NCBI GenBank assembly: GCA_965644295.1
Contig: CBFFRP010000432.1
Span: 372,001-436,000 of the forward strand
Length of the DNA: 64,000 nt
Source: Paraphysomonas bandaiensis
Lineage: Eukaryota; Protista; Chrysophyceae
Direction: 5' to 3'
How positions within the stretch are numbered: position 1 is the stretch's first letter; every line of letters starts with the position of its first letter. Below are positions 1 through 13,081 of the stretch, in pieces. The notes under the pieces are model-generated. The model had not been told where the DNA came from. It did no database searches and worked only from the letters and a program-made list of their open reading frames with translations. A program made the translations under genes and the position numbers.

Positions 1-824
1 CCTGTACTCTTTCAAGAACCTGAATTTGGTCTAATGAACTAAGAGCGGGAGATAGACCCCCGTGAACACAAAACACTTTCCCATCAATAACCTGTAATAT
101 AACATCAACATAGTTGTCGGTAATATACAATAAAACATAGTTGTCAAACCAAATCAGTTAATTTCCAACTTACAGCTGCTAGGTTAAGGTAGTCAAATAC
201 TTCCACACAATACTTCCAAGGGTTAGCATTTCCGTATTTACGTAAGCATTCTTCATAAAAACCATACACTTGTGTAATCTGTCTGGATTCATGGTTTCCT
301 CGAAGTAATGTTATACTCGCGGGATATCTATTTGTACAAGTCAATTGCCATACTACCAACACAACAATATATACTAACCTGGCTTTAAGACACAATAACA
401 ACTGGAATGTTTCAACACTATTATGCCCACGATCAACAAAATCACCCTACCATACACTAAAATTAGATTCGATGCATCTTACACTCGATATAAATATCTC
501 ACCATAAAGATATAATTCGTATCAGGGACTTCGCCGCCCGTTTTCAATAGCTCCAATAAGTCATAGAACTGACCGTGAATATCGCCACACACCTGCGCAT
601 AGCTGTCAACACAGTCACTATAGTGCCCTCATAATACCGTAACAGGCGAAGACACTGGCTGTACATTCGCCTCCTCCATTAACAACTCCTTCACCTGAAC
701 CCACCATCAGCACACACAGAGAGCCATTCCTCTGACCGTATCTTACCATGCAGCACAGTCTCTTCAGCTCCAGCTCTGGAATACACTCTCCATTCTTCAA
801 CTTAGCTAGCCATTTTTCAATCAT
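1..824 (-). CDS. PPP6C: Inverted duplicate of the PP6 catalytic subunit gene (5' part; runs off the window start)
   Basis: 1..943 is the reverse complement of 1293..2235 (ORF pairs sum to 2236, e.g. 144..401 vs 1835..2092). ATG at 824. Only two substitutions noticed (one synonymous, one intronic). Completeness cannot be judged from this window. Confidence 0.75.
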
Positions 825-1045
825 TCTGTCACACTGCGAAAGATATATAACAGAATTGCGTATATATGATATTGTCGTTAACAGACAGTGCGATAAACCC
901 CAATCACGACAATAACAACACAGACATACAAACCACAGTGAGAGGTGGGATTATACGTACACGTATGTATGTCTGTATATAGAGATCTCACCCTACGTGG
1001 CCCCACCCGAACACAAAATACTCCACACAAAAGGCACAAATGTGG

Positions 1046-1291
1046 ACATACATACATACATACATACATACATACCTACATACATACATACATACATACA
1101 TACATACATACATACATACATACCTACATACATACATACATACATACATACATACATACATACATACATACATACATACATACATACATACATACATACA
1201 TACATACATACATACATACCTACATACATACATACATACATACATACATACATACATACATACATACATACATACATACATACATACATAC
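1046..1291 (+). repeat. (TACA)n microsatellite, ~60 units with a few TACC variants
   Basis: Seen directly. It explains the HTYI/MYVC spurious ORFs. Confidence 0.99.
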
Positions 1292-1411
1292 TTCTCACTG
1301 TGGTTTGTATGTCTGTGTTGTTATTGTCGTGATTGGGGTTTATCGCACTGTCTGTTAACGACAATATCATATATACGCAATTCTGTTATATATCTTTCGC
1401 AGTGTGACAGA

Positions 1412-2719
1412 ATGATTGAAAAATGGCTGGCTAAGTTGAAGAATGGAGAGTGTATTCCAGAGCTGGAGCTGAAGAGACTGTGCTGCATGGTAAGATACGG
1501 TCAGAGGAATGGCTCTCTGTGTGTGCTGATAGTGGGTTCAGGTGAAGGAGTTGTTAATGGAGGAGGCGAATGTACAGCCAGTGTCTTCGCCTGTTACGGT
1601 ATTATGAGGGCACTATAGTGACTGTGTTGACAGCTATGCGCAGGTGTGTGGCGATATTCACGGTCAGTTCTATGACTTATTGGAGCTATTGAAAACGGGC
1701 GGCGAAGTCCCTGATACGAATTATATCTTTATGGTGAGATATTTATATCGAGTGTAAGATGCATCGAATCTAATTTTAGTGTATGGTAGGGTGATTTTGT
1801 TGATCGTGGGCATAATAGTGTTGAAACATTCCAGTTGTTATTGTGTCTTAAAGCCAGGTTAGTATATATTGTTGTGTTGGTAGTATGGCAATTGACTTGT
1901 ACAAATAGATATCCCGCGAGTATAACATTACTTCGAGGAAACCATGAATCCAGACAGATTACACAAGTGTATGGTTTTTATGAAGAATGCTTACGTAAAT
2001 ACGGAAATGCTAACCCTTGGAAGTATTGTGTGGAAGTATTTGACTACCTTAACCTAGCAGCTGTAAGTTGGAAATTAACTGATTTGGTTTGACAACTATG
2101 TTTTATTGTATATTACCGACAACTATGTTGATGTTATATTACAGGTTATTGATGGGAAAGTGTTTTGTGTTCACGGGGGTCTATCTCCCGCTCTTAGTTC
2201 ATTAGACCAAATTCAGGTTCTTGAAAGAGTACAGGAAATTCCTCATCAAGGACCGTACTGTGATCTCATGTGGTCTGACCCCGAAGATATCACAGGTAGT
2301 TATTTTGAAGTATGTATCCCTTGTTCGGTAGTGGTTAATACTGTATACAGGTTGGGCAGTTTCCCCACGCGGAGCGGGTTACCTTTTTGGATCAAAAGTT
2401 ACTACAGAGGTATCATCGTGTATTACTATAGTATTATTAATCTAATCCATTGTGTTCACAGTTTTGTCATATCAATGGTATTGAGCTTATATGTCGAGCA
2501 CATCAACTGGTCATGGAAGGCTATAAATATCATTTCCCCGATCAGAATCTTGTGACTGTATGGTCAGCTCCGAATTATTGTTACCGTTGTGGGAATGTTG
2601 CGTCCATACTGAGCTTTAATGAACAACTGGAGCGTGATTTTAGATTGTTCAGCGAGGTTCCTGATCCAGATAATTCCGTTGAAGTACAACGACGCTCACT
2701 AGTACCTTATTTCATGTGA
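1412..2719 (+). CDS. PPP6C: Serine/threonine protein phosphatase 6 catalytic subunit (SIT4/FyPP type), multi-exon
   Basis: PPP motifs [41 protein letters not shown] after removing ~50-nt GT-AG introns. [16 protein letters not shown] and the C-terminal VPYFM fit PP6 better than PP4 or PP2A. Confidence 0.88.
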
Positions 2720-3781
2720 TTAACTTGGCAGCTTTGAGATGTTTGTACAACCCGATGTAGAAATTGGGAGTAAGGTTATTAAGATACGAAATATTATATT
2801 CTTGGATAGCAAATGGATTGTTTGTTGCTTTCCTCGGAGAAGTCGTTGCTAACATGTATACGTTCCCAAAATGTTGGTGGTTTATAAGATGTGTTTTGCA
2901 CTGGCGTCTGTAATAAAACATAATTTCTGTATCAGTTGTAGCCTGGGTAACTATATGAATCTCTATTGTGTTTTATTACGATAAGTTTGATGGAGTTCGA
3001 AGTCACTCACTAGTGTCTAGCACCTTACTTGATACTTGTGTGTTCAGATGTAGTAATTGGGGGTAAGACGTGAAGAATTTGATTTCTTTTGGCCCCTTAG
3101 CACATGACAATATATATTATATATCACACGTAGAAGTGTACGTTGCTAATATTATCATATTGGCTTCCACTATCTTTGTAGCACGTTTGTTGCTTTGTTG
3201 AACACAATAATGCACTTTCAAGTAAGGAATTATACTTTTTAATCTAAACATTTCACTACATATATGCATGTGACATCTGGTGAACATCTGTTCTCTGCAA
3301 CATCTGTTTATCGAATGTTCACCAGTCATTCCTACATCTTATCTATGGTAACTGAATTTAATTCCATTGTAACTGTGCTCACCCGTTATACCTATAAGTT
3401 GACTTCACCTATTGCACACTATGAACTCACTTCAATTGCACAATATATATCACATCATACTGAAGAACTCAACAAATTCTATGATTTGAATCGTACTGAA
3501 ATCCTTTGGTCCATCCTTTTGACCTTTAATTTAGTGACCGGGCACCCAACACCAAAGATGAACTGCTGCTTAACGCACTCGTTGAAAGACTGAAAACATA
3601 TTAGAGTAATTAGTTGAAAGTATTACCCGTAGACTTCAAGCTGTCATCAATGCACGCGGTATGTCAAAACAAATTGCGTAAGGAACTTTAACGGTTCTTC
3701 ATAATATTATTTGAAAATCTGAAACTTTTAATTAAAATCTTTTAGTTACAATAGAAGGTATACCATAAATAAAAAACTAGC

Positions 3782-4570
3782 TATTGTTGTGAATATATGT
3801 TGTTGTTGATAATAGGCGTTTACGTGTCGGGACTAATTTAGCATATTGCAAATTGCAAATTCACTATCTAGAGCTCCACTCTGATATCCTACTATATTTA
3901 ACGCTACGAAAGCTGCTTGTGTGTTAAGATGCAATCACTTTCACTCTGGAGTGTGCGTGGGAGGCTGCCCATGGACGTATAGTTCTTCGGTGTCAAGGGG
4001 GACGCCCTTTGGGCTATAGGGGTCCGGAAACCTTAAAGGAGGGTGTGAGAGTTATGTAGATGGGGGGATAGTATGTTCCGAGGGTGAGTTGGATGATGTG
4101 ATGTAGAGGCGTAGCATCTGTAGAGTCTCGAGGCGTCACTGGCTGCAGTGTATAAGTTGGACATAAATAGTGCTGGCGGAGTTGCATTCGTTGAGGTTCG
4201 CGTGTGTGGGGACGTGAAAGTGTTAGAATAATAAGAGACGTGTTCTTTCGCCCAGCTGTGATTCTCTGTTGGGAGCTGTTGACCTGGTGCGGGGTTGAGT
4301 GTTGAGTATAGGGCACAGACCGTCTTGCCTTTCCTAGGAGTCGGAGGATCCGCAGTTGTCTTCCGACGGATTCGCTGCTTACTGCTTACGTGTCCTGGGA
4401 GGAAGTCTGGATGGTGCCCTTGATGTAGAAGCAGCAGTGTAGCGTTGACTGCAATATCCTTGAAGCATATGTTTGGCCGCTGCAAATAGTAGTTGGAGTA
4501 TGCTCACCACCGCATATTCGAGATTCGAGAGTGCGTAGTCCACGCGAAGGGGACTGTATAGTTTATAATT
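3782..4570 (-). mobile_element. Diverged 3' fragment of a probable non-LTR retroelement carrying the shared structured core
   Basis: 3811-3945 matches the core of the 51179/61595/62627 elements (aataggcgtt ... tcctacta(ta)tttaacgctacg(a)aagctgcttgt). It ends in CAA repeats and CAATA on the minus strand. Upstream is GC-richer sequence with broken ORFs. No TSD found and the 5' boundary is approximate. Confidence 0.5.
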
Positions 4571-5253
4571 CAAGCATAACTGAATAACTGTGTATATTAC
4601 GTTCCCATATTTAAGTCTTTATCACCTCATATTAGGAGTTAGGAGTCATTGATTCACGTTTATCCTTTAACGCGTGAATACAACACACGTATACAATGAA
4701 ATACCAAATAGACTGAATAATTACCAAACTATACATGATACACGACTGTACAAGATACGCACATGTGTGGTGCTAACGCTCTGCTCAAACGTGTCTTGCT
4801 ATTATACTATTAGGCCTTATCGTTCAATCTTTATCTCTAATAATATCAAGTATATCCTTACTAAATATCAAGACTAACCTTAAATCTTAATTCCTCATAA
4901 TGAATATTGATGCAGTGTTGAGAATTGAGAACAGCATAATATATTCGACACGTAATTCTCGAGATAGAACTGAAGGGGCATTATTTCTTTCCAATACTGT
5001 AGATGTATATAAATCACGTATTAATAGTTGATTTTTCTGACTCAAGCTAATATATATACTAATAATTTCCTGTTCGTGGAGAAGGTATTGAATTCAACCC
5101 ATCATAATTCTCACGTTAGTCCTATAGAGTAGTACGTAATAGATTGTTCCATATAAAATATTTGTACATAAAATAATAGATTATTAGATCATTACCTTAG
5201 CTCAATTATATATACATATTAAAAATTGTCCATACAGACTCGCCAGCTCCTTA

Positions 5254-7050
5254 CTATATTTTAAGAAGGTCGTCTGTCAGCTTCGCATGCTTCTGGCTTC
5301 TTTCAGGGTGAGAATCGGTACGAGACACTATTCGCTGATCATTATGCCTCATTGGTACACTCGGTGTTCTAATTTGAGGCTTCCTGCAGGTTGGTGTAGC
5401 CGTTGTTAAGGATTGTCTCAGCGATGACGACGACCCACTACTGCTTCGACCAGATGTAGTCTGACCCATACCACCCCTGGTGCTAGTATTTACACCTGCT
5501 ATCTTCTGAGCTAACGCTAAACCCGCAGGTGTAAGCGGCGTTTTGCTGCAGGGAATATGTACCTCTGTCTTAGCCTTTTTTCTATGTTGTTTTGCCTTGT
5601 TGCGAGAATCCAGAGACTGGGCGAGTTGTTCCCTGACAGGCGTATCTTGCATCTTAAAGCTGTCTGCACAGGCGGACGTATCTACTGTTCCGCGTATTTC
5701 ATCCAATAGGGCTTTCTCTCTATCACTCTCCTCTCCTCCTCGATACGCATTCGTCTCAATAGCCTGAGGGGTTCCGCATATGTCTCCCCAAGTTATGAGG
5801 GGTGAGGCCGCTCCTGTGCCAGGCATTGGCGAGGGAGTCATACGCACAGCTCGATACTCTCCTCCTCCTCCAGAAGAACTATCTGAGTATGCCGATGGAG
5901 TGTGCGGGGCCTCTAGCGGCGACGATCCCGGAGTTCTCAGGGGTCGACCATTCTTTTCTCTGTCTTGTAAAAAGCTACCACGTAGCCTTGTATTGCGATG
6001 GACAATCTCTTTCGGTCCTTTGATCCCATCCCTAACATACTTATTTCTTTCGCTTACTCCAGGCCCTACAGGGGCAGGCATACTAAGTGACCGAGCAGAC
6101 TGAGGCTCACTCTCCTGTGGTCTATTAGTGGATACAACAGTGACAGAAGACTCGTTCGCTGTCATTACGGTTCCAGTTGTATTAGAGACCTGTGAGCCAT
6201 CCGTAAGTAGTTTCTTATCTTCATCGGTTATTCGGACCGGACCAGGGGCAGTAGCGGAGCCACTAAGAATTCTAGCCCTGGCCGCTGCATCGTCAGACGG
6301 TAGCATGCAAATGTCCCTACTGGTTTCGAGCTCCGGAGGAAACAACAACTGATTCCGCACACGGAAGCGCCAGGTGTCCACTCCATTAGGGCGTTCATCG
6401 AAGGTGCTCGGAAGAGCTAACATATCATCTATCTTCTTTCGTTCCTCCCCACTTAATACACGGCCGTCATTATGATACCACATAAGCATGCCTGCCGCTC
6501 GTCCCGGTTCGCTTGTCTCGTATGCCCAGTGGTATTTCCTACGGTGTTCTTCTAAGTCCTTCTCATGGAGCTTTTCGAAGGAGTCATTGTCCTCGCTGTT
6601 ATACATGGTGAAGAATTTATCAACCGTAACACTTTTATCAATATTAGAAGAGGAGGGTTTGGTGCTTGTATCTGCGCCGTCTGAACTAGCACCTGCAGAT
6701 GAATCTGCACTTACATCATGAGCTACAGGTGTTGGTGTGGCTCCAAATTTCCTCTGTTCTGATAATATTTTTCTTTGAACTTCACGTACAACAGATGGAT
6801 TTTTCCCTTCATATGCATTTAATAACTCTAAATGAGATTTCATTTTCGATGAATCAGGGAAGAAATCTCGTTCAATAATAGTCTCCAGTGCTGCTACATA
6901 CTCTTCTTCTTCAAGGATAACTTTTTGCTTACGTTTACGTGAATATGGTTTAGGATGATCTATTTCTGTATGAGAAGATTGTTTCGGATGGGAAGGGATG
7001 ATATGAGTGTCTGTAGGGTCTACTAATGCTACTAGAGTCTTCTCGTCCAT
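5254..7050 (-). CDS. ESS2: Splicing factor ESS-2/DGCR14 homolog, intronless
   Basis: Es2 motifs LEEEEYVAALETIIERDFFPD, DKFFTMYNSEDNDSF, MTPSPMPG..SPLITWGDICGTP. Start placed at MDEK (7050). Confidence 0.9.
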   Translation of the reverse strand: MDEKTLVALVDPTDTHIIPSHPKQSSHTEIDHPKPYSRKRKQKVILEEEEYVAALETIIERDFFPDSSKMKSHLELLNAYEGKNPSVVREVQRKILSEQRKFGATPTPVAHDVSADSSAGASSDGADTSTKPSSSNIDKSVTVDKFFTMYNSEDNDSFEKLHEKDLEEHRRKYHWAYETSEPGRAAGMLMWYHNDGRVLSGEERKKIDDMLALPSTFDERPNGVDTWRFRVRNQLLFPPELETSRDICMLPSDDAAARARILSGSATAPGPVRITDEDKKLLTDGSQVSNTTGTVMTANESSVTVVSTNRPQESEPQSARSLSMPAPVGPGVSERNKYVRDGIKGPKEIVHRNTRLRGSFLQDREKNGRPLRTPGSSPLEAPHTPSAYSDSSSGGGGEYRAVRMTPSPMPGTGAASPLITWGDICGTPQAIETNAYRGGEESDREKALLDEIRGTVDTSACADSFKMQDTPVREQLAQSLDSRNKAKQHRKKAKTEVHIPCSKTPLTPAGLALAQKIAGVNTSTRGGMGQTTSGRSSSGSSSSLRQSLTTATPTCRKPQIRTPSVPMRHNDQRIVSRTDSHPERSQKHAKLTDDLLKI

Positions 7051-7631
7051 TTGATTATATAGAATGATTAATAAGAGATATGAGAGGAGATTATTGATGT
7101 TATGAGCACATGTGCCACATGTTGATTGCTTATTCAGCACAGGAAATGCAAGTTATGAGTAATGAGAGGTGTGTTAATGATGTATGAGTGGAATGCTCTT
7201 CTATATATATATACACGCACTGCTGTACGTCTCTATCCTTCTTCTGTACGTATATGTATGTAAAGAGTGTAGAAATTCCTATACATAGTTATGTATAGAT
7301 GTCGTGTATACTACCGGGGAATACATCAGAATACTGCTGTCTCCTACGGGTCCGGAACGGGCTACATGGTCACTGTGTACTCTGTATTCTGCTGTATACA
7401 GTCTACAGTGAAAACTACACTACGATCATACATAGTAAAAGGTGTGGTCTATAGAGATACATACATCACTGGACACATACAGCCATCTACTCTCTCTATA
7501 TATCCATTTATCATCACTGGGAAGTGACTCTTATAGGGGTTACGTTTATTCGAGGATTGTTTGTTTCATTTGACACCATTTCTTGTGTGTGTTAGTCTCT
7601 ATTACGTACAGTAGATCATATATAGAGCACT

Positions 7632-8934
7632 ATGTTTTGCACACGGGTGTTCCGTACAATCTATCCACTATCATTACAAGCTCGATCATTATGTGATCAG
7701 CCATCTAATGTACAACGACTTTCAAAGGTGATAGCGTCCAGTGGTAAGCTATTAGGTGAACTATATTACGTGTTATGAATTCACTGTAGGGTTATATTCC
7801 CGTCGTGATGCCGAGCGTATGATTATAGACGGACGGGTAAAAGTAAACTTTGAGCCGATAAGTTCTGCAGCAAAGAAAATATCTCCTCGAGATAAAATAT
7901 TTATCGACGACCTTGAATTGAAGGTCGATTCTAATTATGAAAAGCCCCGCTTATGGATAGTAAGAATTTGTCAGCATACTTAATTTCATCATTAAGTCGA
8001 TTTTGACAGGTTAACAAGTTACGTGGAGAGTTGGTGGCATCCATTGATCATGTTAAGAAAAGGCCTCTGATGTATACTAGACTAAGGAGACTCATGGAGA
8101 CAGAAGGAGACCTCAAGCCCATTAATAGATTAGAATTAAATACCGAAGGACTGCAGTTACTGACGAATAACACTCTTCTTGTAAAAGCTTATTTTTATGT
8201 ACTCACTAGATATTGATATTTTTTAATTTAGGCAAAGCTGATGGAAAACCCGAACTCTAACATGAAACGCAAGTACAGAATACGCGTGTATGGCAAGCTT
8301 ACACCTTCCAAATTGGATGGCTTGAAACGGGGTCTTCGTGTAAAAGGCGTACGGTACAGGTACGCTAGCTTGCCAAAGCTGTAGTGCAAACCAAACCAAA
8401 CTAAATTATTGTAGTCTTATGGCCGTGGTAATGTACCATCTGCCATTAACAGTTGCTACATATTTCCACGCCGTGACAGTGTAAATGCTTCTGTATCATC
8501 TGTGTTGCACTTTTCTTAATTTACTGCTATTACGAATTTCCTCTTCGCAGATATTTATCTTTTATATTCATTATTTGTGGCGTATTTATAGTATAGTGAA
8601 TTGTAACCTGTTAACGTATACAGGCCCATAATCCCTCACTTTGAACGGACCACTGGTGTTGTGTCATGGCTGACTGTAGTTTGCACGGAGAACAAGGTAT
8701 GTAGCCCATGGCAGTATATGCATTCCAGAGTGATTTATTCGTAATTTATAGACGAGATTCCTCAAAAACTGCTTCGAACAGCTTTTATTACAGATAACGA
8801 GAGCCATTTGCACTGAATTCGGTCCATACTCTATGCCGAAAGATCTTCCCCCCGGGGCGTACAGAGAAGTTAAATTAACGCCTGAGATTGAAAAAATGCT
8901 CTTGGCTAAGTTAGCTGAATTTAGGAAAAAGTGA
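7632..8934 (+). CDS. RsuA/RluB-family pseudouridine synthase-like protein with S4 domain, probable organellar transit peptide, multi-exon
   Basis: RLSKVIASSG/LYSRRDAERMIIDGRVKVN (S4), NKLRGE, NRLELNTEGLQLLTNN, RKYRIRVYG, EFGPY. The catalytic D appears as E. Confidence 0.8.
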
Positions 8935-10352
8935 GAATAGATGCATATTATACTTGTCTATGTTCCCATACGTTAATCATTTCCATACTTCAACCTTTAC
9001 ACCAACCAATCACTTTTTTGTGACTGCTTTTCGAGAAAAATATAACCAGCACTAAATAAATTATTATAGAACATAAAAAAACAATAGTATCGAGGAAAGA
9101 GTATATTCCTAAATGCCAGCATATAGTAATTTTGTAGTACAGCGGTTCGCGGTTGCACCGTGTACGACCTGTCTAACTTAGAGTTTTTGTATACAGTTTA
9201 AAATTACATGACGGTCGCAGTTTTATAATACGATGTAGCTATGAAGCAACTGTCAACCTTAGGGGATATTAAGTCTCATTATATGATATATGATACGTCG
9301 GCACAAGCATTGTAAATTGTCGTACTTTAAACACACAGCACTACCATTGTTCTCTAATCTCTAACTTTCGGTGACTCTTTACATCCATAATTAGGCGGCT
9401 CCCACAATACAGGTTGGTACAAGTTGTGGGTCATCTGAACAGTTACACCGCTTCGAAACTTCGAAATAATAACACACACACTTGCTGGCCCGTTGATCAT
9501 ATAATCAAACAGACACAAAGAGTACATACTTTCAATATCGAAGTATATGCCGATTGTGCAGAAAGAGGCATTGGTCAACTCCTATACACGCCCAATCATA
9601 TATAGGACGAGTGATTCCTTACTACAGTGACATGGTCTTGAATATATATATCTGCTGTCTGTCTGTATATCTGTGAAGATGTCGGATATATCATACTCCT
9701 TGTATCACATCACCAGCTTATACACAGCAGTATATAGCAATGTATAGCGTGTAAATATCGTGTATTTTGTATCATCAGACTTGATAATATGTTCAGATCA
9801 GAATGAAAGAGTTGTTAACGTGCTGTGGAGTCTGATGATAAGAGTAGTATATACCCTTAATCTGACAGATATGTTATTGAATGTGATGCATTTACAAGGG
9901 TACATAGCCAGCACTCAATGCTCTATAGATAGATATACATATCTTGATATGAACAAGACACTCTCCCTAGCATACAACACACAAAATCCACTGATATGAG
10001 GGTTTTTTAGATACGAAAACCATTAAATTTTCAATAAAATTCAGCCAATATCCGGATATCCTCTTAAAAAACACCCTCCTATCAATCCTGGACTGATATA
10101 CAGTGCAGCACAGAGTTGCTACATATGCATGTTATGACAGGCCATATCGGCATCCTTTGTATATTTTTGTCCCAAGATGCCTCTAATATTGAGACAATAA
10201 TTATCTGTATTTTAGCTGTAGTTTTATCACAGTAATAGAGACTATTTTTGCTTCAATATATTTCCGAATAATATGATGCTGACTGCCGATACGGCAGCAG
10301 TGCCAGACAAATCTAACAGCACATAACAACCTCGACACTCATTCCCAGAGAA

Positions 10353-11376
10353 ATGTCAATGGAATACGAAAAACAGAACCAACAGCAAGATTACGGTGTA
10401 CAACAGAGTCAGCCTCTATCATATGGAGCGCAGAATGGGTCTCTGGGAAGTATCTTAAGCTCGAATTCATCCGTGTTTGTCAAACAACAAATCGGTGCTG
10501 TGGAGGCCGTTACAGGAGGATTATATGAACAGAAAAACAAATATACTGTTTACGGACAGAATGGTATTGGAACAGAAGAAATATTCACTGCTGAGGAAGA
10601 GAGTAGCTTCTGTAGTCGATGTTTTTGTGCTCCTCAACACTCCCTATTCATCAGGATATCTGTTAACGGGAATGTCGAGTATACTTTGGAAAGAAAGGGT
10701 TTATGCTGTGAAAAAATATGTTTGCTGTGTCCTGCGTGTACGGAATCGTGTGCTGATGAAATGTCACTCTATCAGGTAGTGGGTGCTACAAATCCTTATG
10801 TTGCTATATTTTTGTGTACAGCATATAAAATTCCAGGCATATTTATGTGCTACTCACTTTTCTATAATTGGTTTCTAGGGAGCAGTGGATGGCAAACCAG
10901 GAAATGTGATGAACGCTACTCCACTCTATACGGTGCGACAGGTGACAGCATGTGGGGCCATGTTTCATCCCACCCTACACGTTTTTCGACATGGATCTTC
11001 CGATCCTTCTGTAGAGATAAAGGGACCATGCATTTTTGGTGGATGCTCTGAACTCTGCTGCTCGTCATCTTTTAAAGCCACCAAAAGGGGACAAGATGCT
11101 GGGATGATTAAAAAAATGCGCCCGAATGATTGCTGCACCATGTTATCTGAATGTGCCACGGATGCGGATAGGTTTCAACTGGATTTTGACAGTGGGGCTG
11201 ACGGCGATGAACGAATCGCGATGCTTGCGGCGTTATTTTTGACCGATTTTATGTTCTTCGAACAGGACCTTGGAACCTGTAAACCTCGACCAAATGGGAC
11301 ATTCGGTTGCACATGCTTCGAGTGTTATTGCTGTGGTATTCTGTGCCCGTGCACTTTTACTAGCAACAGTTCTTAA
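10353..11376 (+). CDS. Phospholipid scramblase family protein (one intron ~10776-10878)
   Basis: VKQQ..EQKNKY..AEEESSFCSRCFC, IKGPCIFGGC, TDADRFQLDF, MLAALFLTDFMFFE; Cys-rich. Confidence 0.85.
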
Positions 11377-11844
11377 GCCTCATAAAATATTGATTCAGGC
11401 TATTCAGTCTATTAGGTATCGTAGTAATAGTTCCAATACTCTACATGAGAATTGTACGTGCGATATATCTGATAAGGACTTGAGTGCTTGGCACACGGAG
11501 TATACATACTGGATTGCATCGTTGAGTTGCCAGACACAGTATGAGTTTCAGTTTTAATGGTAGTGTATAAAGTCATCTTCATATTAAAGTTTTTGGATTT
11601 TACTTGAAGATAATTTTAATTCAGTACTATGTATTTTCTATAAAGATAAAGTGTTTTTTAATATTAGTCCGTAAACGGATTGATAATGGCGGTTCTGTTA
11701 GTGTTGATGACATATCACTGGATTTCAGAATTTGACTGAAGAAATAATGGATTAAAATATCATGTAGTCTATGCATTTAAGCGATTCTGAAGCTTATGCT
11801 ATTCAGAGATTATTCGTGTTGATAAATTTAAGCACGGGTCATAT

Positions 11845-11975
11845 CAGGGTCTGGTAACCATTAATCATCAATCGTCCTGTTCCCGCCAATTATAATGGCA
11901 TTAATGAAATATGTCCCGGAAATTATAATAGCATTACTAATGATGCCCCATTAATTCCATTACCGTTAATGGTCA
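11845..11975 (+). mobile_element. Degenerate hAT-type MITE remnant
   Basis: Starts CAGGGTCTGGTAACCATTAAT, matching the reverse complement of 51941-51977 (CAGGGCCTGGTAACCGTTAAT). The right end is decayed and there is no TSD. Confidence 0.4.
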
Positions 11976-13021
11976 TATGGAGATATGGAGCAGGGCATCG
12001 GTAACGATTAATTGTCAAGTAAGTGGGGCAGGTTGTAGTCAACTATAATTGCTCTCTCAATTAATTGATACTAAACTACGTACTCAAGTAGCTATATATA
12101 AGATGCCAACATAGCTTGGTCAACTTTTATTTTATTCCAGAGGCGGCGATTCATGCATAAAAAAATTAGTAGCCCTTAATGCCAAAGTGTTATACTCTTG
12201 CGTAAATCAGCAAATCAGTCATAACATTATTAGCTCTACTGAATAATATTTTAATTTTATGTATGTACGTGCTTCTGCTGCTGTACCGAGCTTACTTTTT
12301 AACACGTGCTCGCTTTCGCTGGCTGTTACCATCAATCAAACTTTGCCCGTCGTGGTCATTCTGAACTATACTGTCAGTGTCATCATCTTCGCCACCCTCA
12401 TTGAGCAAATATTTTTATATGATCTCTGTCATGTAAAAGTGAAACTTCGTTGCCACTTTGAATATTCACAACGGTAACTTTGAAAGCAGTGTTATGAATT
12501 ATGAATAATAGCAGCTCGACAATCAGGTGCCCTGCTATGAGTTCAAACAATACATGAACGTCGTGGAGGTCGAGCTGGTGTTCACCTTCTTTCTGTAACT
12601 CTAGTGACGCACATATTTTAACATATTTTAAGTCTTGTTTTTGATTTTTAAGCCCAAGGCTTCCATACTATGCAGGCTACATTGTGCCTAATATATAGAT
12701 TATATCACATACATATCATAGCCCAACAAAAAGTTACACCTTTTTAGCTAGCACCCCTCTCCATGGCTCTGTTGTGACCTTGGCTGCATCATAATGGCTG
12801 GTCCTGCCTCAATTTGGCGCCTCTCAGTCACCCAGTCGCAGTCCTTGTTTGCACTCCACACCCACTCAGATGAAAACCTCTTTAGCTCATGTTGTACACG
12901 CTACACTACCCCTTCACCGGCCGTTAGTTGCCCCATCGCTCATACTTTGAAGCTACATCACACGCATGCACTTCTGCAGAGACGCAAACTCTCTTGCCCT
13001 ACCACTCTGGTAGATACCATA

Positions 13022-13081
13022 TCTAGCTACTAAACTGGTGCAGATTTTTAACGCCTATTGCTAATAATAAGACTTTCAATA
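13022..13081 (+). mobile_element. Short 3'-terminal fragment of the GACTTTCAATA-ended retroposon family
   Basis: tctagctactaaactggtgcagatttttaacgcctattgctaataataagactttcaata matches the terminal ~60 nt of the 51179/61595/62627 copies, in the opposite orientation. Confidence 0.8.

Larger units (their letters stand above)
1..2235. repeat. Head-to-head inverted duplication: arms 1..943 and 1293..2235, spacer 944..1292
   Basis: Direct reverse-complement match. The left arm is cut by the window edge. Confidence 0.95.

Noticed and set aside
878-1618. ORFs rich in HTYI/MYVC (also at 38787-39099 and 50032-50413)
   Set aside because: They are translations of the (TACA)n microsatellites, not genes.
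3117-3593. Intergenic ORFs of 60-110 aa here and at 9354-9999, 12259-13033 and 17241-17883
   Set aside because: No recognisable motifs or splice structure; lengths are compatible with chance.
5543-6721. Plus-strand ORFs overlapping ESS2, and similar antisense ORFs over the CDPK, coiled-coil, transposase and ankyrin genes
   Set aside because: Antisense shadows of real coding sequence with no independent motifs.
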